40,273 bases of DNA, taken from positions 158,614 to 198,886 of the forward strand of contig CAZUDK010000001.1 of the NCBI GenBank assembly GCA_964618905.1, read 5' to 3'. This DNA is from an uncultured Candidatus Saccharibacteria bacterium (lineage in GTDB: Bacteria; Patescibacteriota; Minisyncoccia; Phycocordibacterales; Zambryskibacteraceae). How positions within the stretch are numbered: position 1 is the stretch's first letter; every line of letters starts with the position of its first letter. Of the stretch, positions 8,125 to 16,352 are shown piece after piece. The notes under the pieces were generated by a model. It ran no database searches, was not told the DNA's origin, and saw nothing but the letters and a program-made list of their open reading frames with translations. The translations under genes and the position numbers were made by a program.

Positions 8125-8198
8125 AAGACATCCTATAATGTACTTGAGGCTTATTTTGTCTTTACTTAGCCAATATTGGACACGAATTTAGCCTTAAA

Positions 8199-8238
8199 TA
8201 TTTCACGTGAAACTATATATTAGGTTGCACATGTAACT
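8199..8238. promoter_or_regulatory. Two parS-like palindromes
   Basis: TATTTCACGTGAAACT (8199-8214, 14/16 to TGTTTCACGTGAAACA) and degenerate GGTTGCACATGTAACT (8223-8238). Confidence 0.6.
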
Positions 8239-8262
8239 ATCTCGTTGAAATAGCCTTATTTA

Positions 8263-8772
8263 ATGGAAAAAAGAGATAACAGAACAGAAAAGCGTAAAAT
8301 AGGGGACATAGGAGAGAATATTGCTTGTGATTTCCTTAAGAAAAGAGGTTTTGAGATATTAGACAGAAATTATCTCCGTAAGTGGGGAGAGATAGACATA
8401 ATTGCAAGAAAAGGTGGTGTTATAAGGTTTTTAGAGGTAAAAAGCGCTAGATCTAGCGCTTTTTTATATAATGAAGTTTCTCGTGGAACCCAAATAGGGG
8501 ACAAAAATACAAATAAAAATAGGTATTTAGGTGGTTCACATGCAACCCCGATACCAGAGCAAAGCTCGCTACGGGGCAAGCATTTTGATAGGGGATACAG
8601 GCCGGAGGACAATATGCACCCCTGGAAAGTTAAGAGGCTAATGAGAGCCATTCAGACATACCTTATTGAAAAGGACATAAATCTGGACTGGCAGTTGGAT
8701 TTGGTAACTGTAAGGATAGATATGAAAAGCCGCATGGCTAGAGTGGAGATACTGGAAAATATAATTATTTAG
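8263..8772 (+). CDS. yraN: YraN/UPF0102 family endonuclease-fold protein with internal insertion
   Basis: GDIGENIA, RNY...GEIDIIA, FLEVK; about 45-aa extra segment after EVKS. Confidence 0.88.
   Translation: MEKRDNRTEKRKIGDIGENIACDFLKKRGFEILDRNYLRKWGEIDIIARKGGVIRFLEVKSARSSAFLYNEVSRGTQIGDKNTNKNRYLGGSHATPIPEQSSLRGKHFDRGYRPEDNMHPWKVKRLMRAIQTYLIEKDINLDWQLDLVTVRIDMKSRMARVEILENIII
8545..8577. repeat. GC-rich palindromic element in frame within yraN
   Basis: ACCCCG-ATACCA-GAGC-AAA-GCTC-GCTA-CGGGGC; 33 nt in an otherwise AT-rich gene. Confidence 0.5.
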
Positions 8773-8779
8773 CTTGAAT

Positions 8780-8853
8780 TGGTGCGGGATGGGAGAATCG
8801 AACTCCCGACCACAGTTTGGAAAACTGTTGTTTTGCCACTAAACTAATCCCGC
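8780..8853 (-). tRNA. tRNA-Gly(TCC)
   Basis: Cloverleaf; anticodon arm ACAGT-TT-TCC-AA-ACTGT; GTTCGA; CCA encoded. Confidence 0.95.
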
Positions 8854-8873
8854 ATTGTCTGAATCTAAACCTT

Positions 8874-8944
8874 TCGGGCTGCTGGGAATCGAACCCAGAC
8901 CGTACGCTCCCAAAGCGTATATACTACCACTATACTACAGCCCG
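8874..8944 (-). tRNA. tRNA-Pro(TGG)
   Basis: Anticodon arm TACGC-TT-TGG-GA-GCGTA; GGTTCGATTCC; no encoded CCA. Confidence 0.95.
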
Positions 8945-9060
8945 TAGTGAGGAAAAATATCAAAATTTATTTTGATATTCATTCCGAGCGCACGGGCTGT
9001 CTTTATCAAGACGGCCCGTAGTGAGACCTAACACCTTAAACCTGCGGTTTCAAGAGTGTT

Positions 9061-9131
9061 TCGGAGTGCCGGGAATCGAACCCGGGTCTCACGAACCCGA
9101 ATCGTGAATACTGCCTCTGTAATACACTCCG
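9061..9131 (-). tRNA. tRNA-Pro(CGG)
   Basis: Anticodon arm CACGA-TT-CGG-GT-TCGTG; no encoded CCA. Confidence 0.93.
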
Positions 9132-9204
9132 GGTGCGGCCAGGGGTAATCGAAACCCCGCCTCGTCCTTGGCAAGGACGCGTCCTACCACTAAACCATGG
9201 CCGC
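9132..9204 (-). tRNA. tRNA-Gly(GCC)
   Basis: Anticodon arm CGTCC-TT-GCC-AA-GGACG; ends ...GCA-CC directly abutting tRNA-Pro(CGG). Confidence 0.93.
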
Positions 9205-9285
9205 GATGAAAGAGATGATATCTTATTTAAAGAAAAAAATCGAGTTTTGATGTAGGATAGCTATGTTGCACTTTTATCAAAGATT

Positions 9286-9360
9286 GCTCCCGTGGTGAAA
9301 TGGATATCATGACTGACTTCGGATCAGTTGTTGTGGGTTCGAGTCCTGCCGGGAGCACCA
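9286..9360 (+). tRNA. tRNA-Arg(TCG)
   Basis: Acceptor GCTCCCG/CGGGAGC; anticodon arm ACTGA-CT-TCG-GA-TCAGT; CCA encoded. Confidence 0.93.
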
Positions 9361-9498
9361 GACTTCAGAAACATGCATTTATGCAGATTTCTGAACGTGG
9401 TGCTGGGCGCAGCGATGTTTCGACAGCAGGCGAAACCGCGAACCGGGGTCGAGTAAAATATCCGTGACCACCTGACCATAAGCAACTACAATAAATAG

Positions 9499-10983
9499 AT
9501 GAAAAAAGAAGAAGAATTTTTAATACCAGAAGAGATTAGGGGAGTCTGCCGAGTTCTTTGGCAGGCTGGCTTTGAAAATTACCTAGTTGGAGGATGTGTG
9601 CGAGATCTCATAATAGGCATAAAGCCTAAAGACTGGGATATTACTACCAAGGCTACACCGGAGCAGATCATAGAACTGTTTCCTAAAACATTTTATGAAA
9701 ATGATTTCGGCACAGTGGGTATAGTAAATGAAGACACGGAAGATGAGACTCTACGCACGGTAGAAGTTACTCCTTACAGGATTGAATCTGAATATTCTGA
9801 TTTCAGAAGGCCAGACAAGATAGAGTGGGGTAAAAATATAGAAGAAGATCTCGCCAGAAGAGACTTCACCATAAATGCCATTGCTCTCGGCATAGAAAAT
9901 CCAAACGAAAAACCTAAAATCATTGATCCTTTCGGGGGACAAGAAGATATAGAGAAAAAGATTATCCGCACTGTAGGCAATCCTGAAACAAGATTTGGAG
10001 AAGATGCTCTACGAATGCTGCGAGCTGTGAGGCTGTCTGCTGAACTTGGCTTTGCTATAGAACACGAGACTCAGGAAGCTATAGAGAATCACTCAGATCT
10101 CCTAGAGCACATTTCAAAAGAGAGGATAAGAGACGAATTCATCAAGATAATCATGTCAGATTATCCTGCAGCAGCACTTGAGATGCTAAACAGACTAAAC
10201 CTGCTTGAATATATTGCGCCTGAACTGCTTAAAGGCATTGGGATGGAACAAAACCAAGCGCATGCTTACAACGTATGGGAACATCTCCTGCGTACGCTTG
10301 AACATGCAGCCAAAAGAAAGTTCCCCCTGCACATTAGGCTGGCAGCACTATTCCATGATGTGGGCAAGCCCCACACCAGAGCTTGGAAGAAAAACCAATG
10401 GACGTTTTACGGACACGATGTAGTCGGCGCCAGAGTGGCTAAGTCTTCCCTAAACAACCTCCGATTCCCCAAAGAGCTGGTAGAGAAAGTGGTCAAGCTT
10501 GTGCGCTGGCATATGTTCTTCTCAGATACTGAGGAAATAACTCTCTCGGCTGTAAGAAGGATGGTTAGAAACGTAGGTCCGGACCTCATCTGGGACCTCA
10601 TGAAAGTTCGCGCTGCCGACAGAATTGGCACCGGCCGGCCGAAGGAAGACCCCTACCGCCTACGAAAGTATAAGTCGATGATAGAACAAGTCCTGCGAGA
10701 CCCTATATCTGTAAAACAGCTCGCTATAGGCGGGGGAGACATCATAGCCCTGACAGGCAGGGAAGCAGGACCTTATATAGGACTTATATTAGACGTACTG
10801 CTCTCTGAAGTTTTAGACGACCCTAAATTAAATACCAAAGACTATTTAAGCAAAAAAGCTGCAGAACTTGCGACACTGCCAGATGAAGAACTCAAAAAGC
10901 TCGGCAAGGAAGCGAGAGAGAAGAACGCCGGAGAAGAAGAAAGGGAATTAAAAAAAATAAAAGGGAAGTATTCGGTAAAATAA
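9499..10983 (+). CDS. cca: CCA tRNA nucleotidyltransferase with HD domain
   Basis: VGGCVRD, DWDITT, RRDFTINA, EDALRMLR, ERIRDE, FHDVGK. Confidence 0.93.
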   Translation: MKKEEEFLIPEEIRGVCRVLWQAGFENYLVGGCVRDLIIGIKPKDWDITTKATPEQIIELFPKTFYENDFGTVGIVNEDTEDETLRTVEVTPYRIESEYSDFRRPDKIEWGKNIEEDLARRDFTINAIALGIENPNEKPKIIDPFGGQEDIEKKIIRTVGNPETRFGEDALRMLRAVRLSAELGFAIEHETQEAIENHSDLLEHISKERIRDEFIKIIMSDYPAAALEMLNRLNLLEYIAPELLKGIGMEQNQAHAYNVWEHLLRTLEHAAKRKFPLHIRLAALFHDVGKPHTRAWKKNQWTFYGHDVVGARVAKSSLNNLRFPKELVEKVVKLVRWHMFFSDTEEITLSAVRRMVRNVGPDLIWDLMKVRAADRIGTGRPKEDPYRLRKYKSMIEQVLRDPISVKQLAIGGGDIIALTGREAGPYIGLILDVLLSEVLDDPKLNTKDYLSKKAAELATLPDEELKKLGKEAREKNAGEEERELKKIKGKYSVK

Positions 10984-11018
10984 CGCCGTAGAACACAAAA
11001 GAACGCAAGCTTTGTCTA

Positions 11019-11047
11019 TTGACAAAGGTATATTAATGCTATATAAT
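11019..11047 (+). promoter_or_regulatory. Consensus sigma70 promoter
   Basis: TTGACA-N17-TATAAT exact. Confidence 0.9.
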
Positions 11048-11086
11048 CTAGCTAGACGGTAATTCACAGCAACAAAGGAGGACGCA

Positions 11087-11461
11087 GTGAAAAACGGCAA
11101 GCCCGTAATCCTCACCATTGACGATGATGTTTCTCTACAACGACTTTGGAAGATAGTGTTCCAAAGGGAAGGCATCGAGGTTATCCATGCTTTTACAAAC
11201 GACGAAGCATGGATGATGTTCGTCCGGCAGCAAGGCAGGTTCGATGCCATTGTCTTCGACGGCCATGTGGGCAGGAGTGATATTCCCACCCTTACATTGG
11301 TCGAGATGGTGCGCAAGCTGTTCGACGGACACATGATCGCAGCCTCTAGCGATCTTGCCTTGCGTCGGCAAATGAAGACTGCTGGCTGCACTCGCCAGTG
11401 CGAGAAGCAGAATTTGCCTGAGGTCGTTCTCGAGCTCTTAACGTCCCCTCTGGCAATTTAA
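11087..11461 (+). CDS. Single-domain response regulator (receiver)
   Basis: ILTIDDD, IVFDG phosphoacceptor, ASS, conserved Lys; SD AAGGAGG, GTG start. Confidence 0.8.
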   Translation: MKNGKPVILTIDDDVSLQRLWKIVFQREGIEVIHAFTNDEAWMMFVRQQGRFDAIVFDGHVGRSDIPTLTLVEMVRKLFDGHMIAASSDLALRRQMKTAGCTRQCEKQNLPEVVLELLTSPLAI

Positions 11462-11476
11462 GAAGGGGAACAAACC

Positions 11477-11512
11477 AATACCTCGCGCCGATTCCGGCGC
11501 GAGGTATTTTTT
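11477..11512 (+). terminator. Intrinsic terminator
   Basis: 14-bp stem AATACCTCGCGCCG/CGGCGCGAGGTATT plus T-run. Confidence 0.85.
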
Positions 11513-11516
11513 ATTT

Positions 11517-11562
11517 CCACTTACAAAAAACTCCGACTTTGGTCGGAGTTTTTTGTAAGTGG
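11517..11562. terminator. Bidirectional terminator downstream of hup
   Basis: 21-bp perfect inverted repeat with internal A/T runs. Confidence 0.85.
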
Positions 11563-11594
11563 CCCTGCATGAAGCAGAGAAAAGAGTAGTTAAA

Positions 11595-11867
11595 TTATTT
11601 AACTGCGTCCTTGAGAGCTTTGGCTGGACGGAACTTAGGAACACGCATGGATGGAACCGAAATCGATTCGCCTGTGCGAGGATTCCTTGCCTGCCTAGCG
11701 GCACGAACTTTTGTAGAGAAGATGCCAAGACCGGCAATTGATACTTCACCGCCGTTCTTTAGAGTAGAGATGACTGAGTCTATGACAGTGTCTACTGCTT
11801 CTTCGGCTTGCATTTTGGTGCCTCCGAGTTTAGCATGCACTGCATTTACTATTTCTGCCTTATTCAT
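11595..11867 (-). CDS. hup: DNA-binding protein HU
   Basis: MNKAEIV, GLGIF, ARNPRTGE, PKFRPAKALKDAVK. Confidence 0.97.
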   Translation of the reverse strand: MNKAEIVNAVHAKLGGTKMQAEEAVDTVIDSVISTLKNGGEVSIAGLGIFSTKVRAARQARNPRTGESISVPSMRVPKFRPAKALKDAVK

Positions 11868-12000
11868 TATGTTCTCTGTCTATCTTAATCTGGTAAATTT
11901 GATTCAAACACGGGTGATTTCCCCATTAGGATTATATAACAAGCCATTTTGAGCCGCTAGCACTATACAAAGTATAAGATTCGTTTTGTAAAAAAGACTC

Positions 12001-13530
12001 CTAACGAGCAAATTCTACCGCTCGATTTTCTCTAATGACATTTACTTTGATCTCGCCAGGATATTTGAGTTCAGATTCTATGCGAACAGCAATATCACGG
12101 GCAAGCTGCTTGGCTTGAAAGTCTGATATTTTCTCAGGAGTTACAAAAACTCTTATTTCCCGTCCGGCCTGCAAGGCATAAACTTTCTCAACACCTTCGA
12201 AAGAGCTTGCGATATTCTCAAGTTCTTCAAGTCGCTTTAGATAATGTTCAACAGTGTCTCGACGAGCACCAGGCCTAGAGCCGGAAATGGCATCAGCCGC
12301 CTGCACTATCATCGATTCTACAGTCTCGTATGGATACTCTCCGTGATGAGCTTGCATAGCCTTGATGATTTCTTCAGAGACTCCGAATTTAGAGAGGATT
12401 TTCCTGCCTATCTCAACGTGAGTTCCTGCCACTTCATGATCAAGAGCCTTTCCAATGTCGTGCAAAAGTGCACCGGCTTTAGCTACAGCAACATTGGCGC
12501 CAAGCTCCTCTGCTATCATGCCGGAGAGATGAGCCATCTCTATCGAATGTTCAAGAACATTCTGACCGAAGCTAGTTCTGAAATGAAGCCGGCCGAGAAT
12601 AGCCAGAAGTTTAGGATCTAAATTGTAAACACCGCATTCATAAGCAGCTTCTTCACCCTTCTCTTTAATAATCTTATTAACTTCGGCTTGAGCTTTCTCC
12701 ACAAACTCTTCGATGCGGGCAGGCTGAATGCGCCCATCGCTTATAAGATTCTCAAGCGCCATTTTAGCTACAGCACGTCTAACCGGATCGTAAGAAGAGA
12801 GGGTAATGGAACCGGGAGTATCATCTACGATGACCTCAACTCCGGTAGCCCTCTCGAAAGCTTTAATATTCCTGCCTTCCTTGCCGATAATTTTACCTTT
12901 GAATTCATCGGAAGATAGCGAAACAGAAGTAGACATTATCTCTCCAGACACGGAACCCGCTAGACGCTGTATTGAAGAGGCTAATATCTCGCGAGCTCGA
13001 CCCTCAAGGCGGGTATTTGCTTCCGTCTCAAGTTTTTGGAGGCGGATAGCTAAGTCTTCTGCAGCATTCTTCTCAATCATGCTAAAAAGCTCTGACTTTG
13101 CCTCATCAGCGGACAAGCCGGCAACTTTAGCCAATTCTGCAACTCGCAATTCCACAAGATCTTCGGTTTTTTTGCGTATATCACGTATATCAGCAGTTTT
13201 CTTCTTTATATATTCAACCTCTTTATTTATATCTACCTGCCGATTATCCAAGAATTCCTCTTTCTTTATAAGCCTGTCTTCAAGCTTTTTTAATCTCTCT
13301 TCCTTTTCCTTAATCTCGACTTCTGTCTTTTGATATATTTTTTCTGCTTCTTTTTCCGCTTCAGAGATTATATTCTGAGCTCTTTCTATGGAAGAGAGCT
13401 CCATCTGCTTTATATCCAGCTCCAAAGAGCCCCTTCTCCCGAAAGAGATAATGAGGCGAAGAAGATAGCCGAATCCAATACCTGCGGATGCGGCAAGCAA
13501 AGATAGCAATAGTGCTAATTTAAGAGACAT
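12001..13530 (-). CDS. rny: Ribonuclease Y
   Basis: N-terminal TM, coiled coil, KH (KGKIIGKEGRNI), HD (LLHDIGK), SRPGAR. Confidence 0.97.
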   Translation of the reverse strand: MSLKLALLLSLLAASAGIGFGYLLRLIISFGRRGSLELDIKQMELSSIERAQNIISEAEKEAEKIYQKTEVEIKEKEERLKKLEDRLIKKEEFLDNRQVDINKEVEYIKKKTADIRDIRKKTEDLVELRVAELAKVAGLSADEAKSELFSMIEKNAAEDLAIRLQKLETEANTRLEGRAREILASSIQRLAGSVSGEIMSTSVSLSSDEFKGKIIGKEGRNIKAFERATGVEVIVDDTPGSITLSSYDPVRRAVAKMALENLISDGRIQPARIEEFVEKAQAEVNKIIKEKGEEAAYECGVYNLDPKLLAILGRLHFRTSFGQNVLEHSIEMAHLSGMIAEELGANVAVAKAGALLHDIGKALDHEVAGTHVEIGRKILSKFGVSEEIIKAMQAHHGEYPYETVESMIVQAADAISGSRPGARRDTVEHYLKRLEELENIASSFEGVEKVYALQAGREIRVFVTPEKISDFQAKQLARDIAVRIESELKYPGEIKVNVIRENRAVEFAR

Positions 13531-13663
13531 ATTTAGTTTTTCCTCTTAACCGAACCAGTGCAGCCGTAACGGGAATTTTCAGTAATTCAGAAGAGTAAAC
13601 GTCCGCCCATCAGCGGAAAAATTTCAAATTAATTTACAAGTGAACAGCCTGAGAATACCTTAA

Positions 13664-14245
13664 TTAGAGAATCTTGTCTATAATGCCGTATTTTTTGGCT
13701 TCATCCGAGTCCATGAAGAAATCTCTTTCTACGTCTTTTTCAACCTTAGATAAAGGCTGGCCGGTGTTTTTGGCAAGCATTCTATTGAGTTTTTCCCTCA
13801 TCTTGACGATCTGCTTGGCAGTGATTTCTATGTCTGTGGCCTGACCTTCAGCGCCGCCATGAGGCTGGTGGATCATAATTTCAGAATTAGGCAGAGCAAA
13901 TCTCTTGCCTTTCTTGCCTGCGGAAAGAAGAATGGCTCCGCCGGAAGCAGCCATACCTACGCAAACAGTAGATACGTCAGGCTTGATATGATTCATGGTA
14001 TCAACCATCGCCAAAGTAGCTGTAACAGAACCTCCAGGCGAATTAATATACAAATTTATATCCTTTTTTGGATCTTCATTCTGCAAAAAGAGGAGCTGAG
14101 CTATGATGATATTTGCCACATCATCAGTTATAGGTCCGCCTAGAAATACAATCCTTTCACGGAGCAGACGAGAGTATATGTCGTAAGCTCGTTCGCCGAA
14201 CTGGCTCTTTTCAATTACTGTTGGAATCAAATATGACATTGCCAT
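13664..14245 (-). CDS. clpP: ATP-dependent Clp protease proteolytic subunit
   Basis: [28 protein letters not shown]. Confidence 0.98.
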   Translation of the reverse strand: MAMSYLIPTVIEKSQFGERAYDIYSRLLRERIVFLGGPITDDVANIIIAQLLFLQNEDPKKDINLYINSPGGSVTATLAMVDTMNHIKPDVSTVCVGMAASGGAILLSAGKKGKRFALPNSEIMIHQPHGGAEGQATDIEITAKQIVKMREKLNRMLAKNTGQPLSKVEKDVERDFFMDSDEAKKYGIIDKIL

Positions 14246-14272
14246 GAAAGATTATAACAAAATAAGCATCTT

Positions 14273-14313
14273 TTCAAGCTGAAGCTTGAAATAATAAATT
14301 TCATGGGTATTAT
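14273..14313 (+). promoter_or_regulatory. Palindrome TTCAAG-N6-CTTGAA plus TATTAT -10 (copy 1)
   Basis: Same layout repeated at 14658..14698. Confidence 0.55.
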
Positions 14314-14355
14314 ACCGATTGGACAATATTCTCTTCCTACAGAAAGGATACTTTA

Positions 14356-14595
14356 ATGTCAAAAGAGGCGCCGCAAAGGTCCAGACATCTTTCCTATCAC
14401 AAGGCCAGTGACGAGTACAAGACCAAACGTGGAAAACGTGCGCCTTGCAATAATTGTGGCGTCTACGTGCATGTCGACACGGATGGCAACGGCAATATTG
14501 TTGACTATGAACTGAATGGAAAAACAATCCATATCTGCAAACCCGAAGATGTGAAGAAGGAAAAGGAGAGGAAAAAAGAGATGTACCGTTGGTAG
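14356..14595 (+). CDS. Small putative zinc-ribbon protein (CxxC...HxC)
   Basis: CNNC...HIC; SD GAAAGGA; own terminator; paralogous to 14738..15031. Confidence 0.75.
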   Translation: MSKEAPQRSRHLSYHKASDEYKTKRGKRAPCNNCGVYVHVDTDGNGNIVDYELNGKTIHICKPEDVKKEKERKKEMYRW

Positions 14596-14610
14596 AATGG
14601 TTACATTCGA

Positions 14611-14636
14611 AGATGCCGGAGAAGTCCGGCATTTTT
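14611..14636 (+). terminator. Intrinsic terminator
   Basis: ATGCCGGA-gaag-TCCGGCAT plus T-run. Confidence 0.8.
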
Positions 14637-14657
14637 GTTACACGCATATGGAAATAT

Positions 14658-14698
14658 TTCAAGCTCAGCCTTGAATAAAGAAGACGGAGATGTATTAT
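14658..14698 (+). promoter_or_regulatory. Palindrome TTCAAG-N6-CTTGAA plus TATTAT -10 (copy 2)
   Basis: Identical spacing to copy 1. Confidence 0.55.
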
Positions 14699-14737
14699 GT
14701 TTTAAGACAGCGAACATTCCTCCAGCTCCGAAAGGTT

Positions 14738-15031
14738 ATGCCAAACGACACAGTGGTAAAATCAAGGAAGTCGGAGATCGTCTGCCCGCGAGCCCAATAC
14801 CGATTCAAGTGCACGACTGGCGTGGAAGCAAGGTGCCGAGACTGCAGCATGGATGTCTTTGTGAGCACCAGCGGTGGCAGACTGGTGGAGTATGATCTCG
14901 AACAGTATAAGAAAGGGAGGCTCGTAAAACACACGCACAGGAACCTGCCCCAGCCCAAGAAGACGGAGAAGGTTGATCCGAAGACCTCCTCTGATCTATT
15001 CTTGAACTTCAGGAGGGTTCTGCCCAGATGA
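14738..15031 (+). CDS. Small putative zinc-ribbon protein (CxxC...HxH), 97 aa
   Basis: GAAAGG-tt-ATG start at 14738; CRDC...HTH; aligns by eye with 14356..14595. Confidence 0.72.
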   Translation: MPNDTVVKSRKSEIVCPRAQYRFKCTTGVEARCRDCSMDVFVSTSGGRLVEYDLEQYKKGRLVKHTHRNLPQPKKTEKVDPKTSSDLFLNFRRVLPR

Positions 15032-15049
15032 GCCTTTGGACCACTCCCC

Positions 15050-15082
15050 GAGCGCCGGATAAATCCGGCGCTCTTTGTTTTA
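15050..15082 (+). terminator. Intrinsic terminator
   Basis: GAGCGCCGGA-taaa-TCCGGCGCTC plus T-rich tail. Confidence 0.8.
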
Positions 15083-15157
15083 TTTAAAAAGAGCCCCACC
15101 ACTTTGCTTCAATAAAATTGCATATGAAAAGTGGTGGGACCCTAGAACTTGGAGTTA

Positions 15158-15304
15158 TCAGGTTTTTACCTGCTTGTCCGGTGCGTCATCGCAGACAGCT
15201 TCATGACGAAGGCATTCTTCGTGATCATAAAAAGGTTTGAGACAAACATGGCACTCGAACAAGGGTTCCTTGGAAGGAACTGGAACTTCTAACTTCGATT
15301 TCAC
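15158..15304 (-). CDS. 48-aa C2HC zinc-finger protein (not in ORF track)
   Basis: GGAGGT-ttag-GTG; MKSKLEVPVPSKEPLFECHVCLKPFYDHEECLRHEAVCDDAPDKQVKT*; downstream 11-bp hairpin 15095..15138. Confidence 0.75.
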   Translation of the reverse strand: MKSKLEVPVPSKEPLFECHVCLKPFYDHEECLRHEAVCDDAPDKQVKT

Positions 15305-15383
15305 CTAAACCTCCTATTCAATTATGGAAAACAACCGTCTGTATTATTTATAACTCGGCGACAACTTTAGGGTCAATTTAAGA

Positions 15384-16352
15384 TTATTTCAAACCCTCTA
15401 AAAATTCCATTACTTTAGCATTTCTTATCTGAGTATAAGCAAAGAGGCGAGCGCGCAGAGGGTCAGCGTCCGGATAATGAGACAGCACATGCTGTGCTTC
15501 ATGCTCTATTTCTTTTTCTTCCGGCTCGAGCTTTTCTTTCTCGGCAATTTTTATAACCAAGAGCTCTGCTTTGACCCTCGAAACAGCTTGTTCCTTCCAT
15601 TCTTTTCTTATGTCTTCATCGGTCTTCTTGGTTTCTTTCAAGTATGCAGCCCAATCCATACCCATTTTTTCTACATCAGACTTAAACTGAAGCAGCATCT
15701 TGTCCAGCTCCGACTCAACCAGGATTTTAGGAACAGATATATCAGTAGCTTTTACCATTTCTTCTATAATCCTTAGGCGCTTCTTCTCTATAGCTCTGAA
15801 TTTCTTTTCTTCCAGAAGATTCTCTTTAACTTTCTGCTCAAGAGTCTCTCCCTCTTTAAGATCCGCCTTAACTCCGCGCTTCTTTATTTCTTCAAGAACA
15901 TCGTTCAATTCCTTGTCAGAGACTTCAAGATCCTCTTTTTCTTTAGCTACCTCCGTGGAAATTTTTTTGTAATCAGGTAATTCAAACTCCGGTTCAAGAT
16001 GTATATGGATTTTAAATTCAATAGGTATGTTTGGAGCCAGCTTAGTGATGCTTATATTTGGACGACCGATAGGGGAAAGCTTGGCTTCTTCTATGATGCC
16101 TGCGTACTCTTTTCCTAAGGCAACTTCTGCAGTTTCTTCCAAAACTCTCATTTCTCCGAGTTTCTTAACTAAAACATCATCCGGAATATGCCCAGGTCTG
16201 AATCCGGGAATGGAAACTTTATTTGCCAGAAACTTCAAAGCCTCAGTGCGGCATTCAGACAAAAACGGGAGAAGTATTTCTCCCGTGATCTCAGCTTCCG
16301 ACTCGGGAAGTTTAGATACTTTAGATATTGTAAAATTTTTATTAGATGTCAT
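15384..16352 (-). CDS. tig: Trigger factor (short, apparently no FKBP domain)
   Basis: IPGFRPGHIP ribosome-binding signature; C-terminal VPKILVESE...IAEKEKL; 322 aa. Confidence 0.92.
   Translation of the reverse strand: MTSNKNFTISKVSKLPESEAEITGEILLPFLSECRTEALKFLANKVSIPGFRPGHIPDDVLVKKLGEMRVLEETAEVALGKEYAGIIEEAKLSPIGRPNISITKLAPNIPIEFKIHIHLEPEFELPDYKKISTEVAKEKEDLEVSDKELNDVLEEIKKRGVKADLKEGETLEQKVKENLLEEKKFRAIEKKRLRIIEEMVKATDISVPKILVESELDKMLLQFKSDVEKMGMDWAAYLKETKKTDEDIRKEWKEQAVSRVKAELLVIKIAEKEKLEPEEKEIEHEAQHVLSHYPDADPLRARLFAYTQIRNAKVMEFLEGLK

Noticed and set aside
8940-9025. 12-bp direct repeat GCCCGTAGTGAG and hairpin between tRNA-Pro genes as an att site
   Set aside because: It involves the tRNA 5' end, the copies are only 74 nt apart, and there is no cargo.
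12244-13333. Long antisense ORFs here and opposite tig, comM, pcrA, virB4 and others
   Set aside because: Shadow frames of well-supported genes, with no motifs or start signals.
13535-13660. Possible 6S RNA or riboswitch upstream of rny
   Set aside because: Only about 130 nt with one small hairpin (TCCGCCCATCAGCGGA); no long closing stem or recognisable aptamer.
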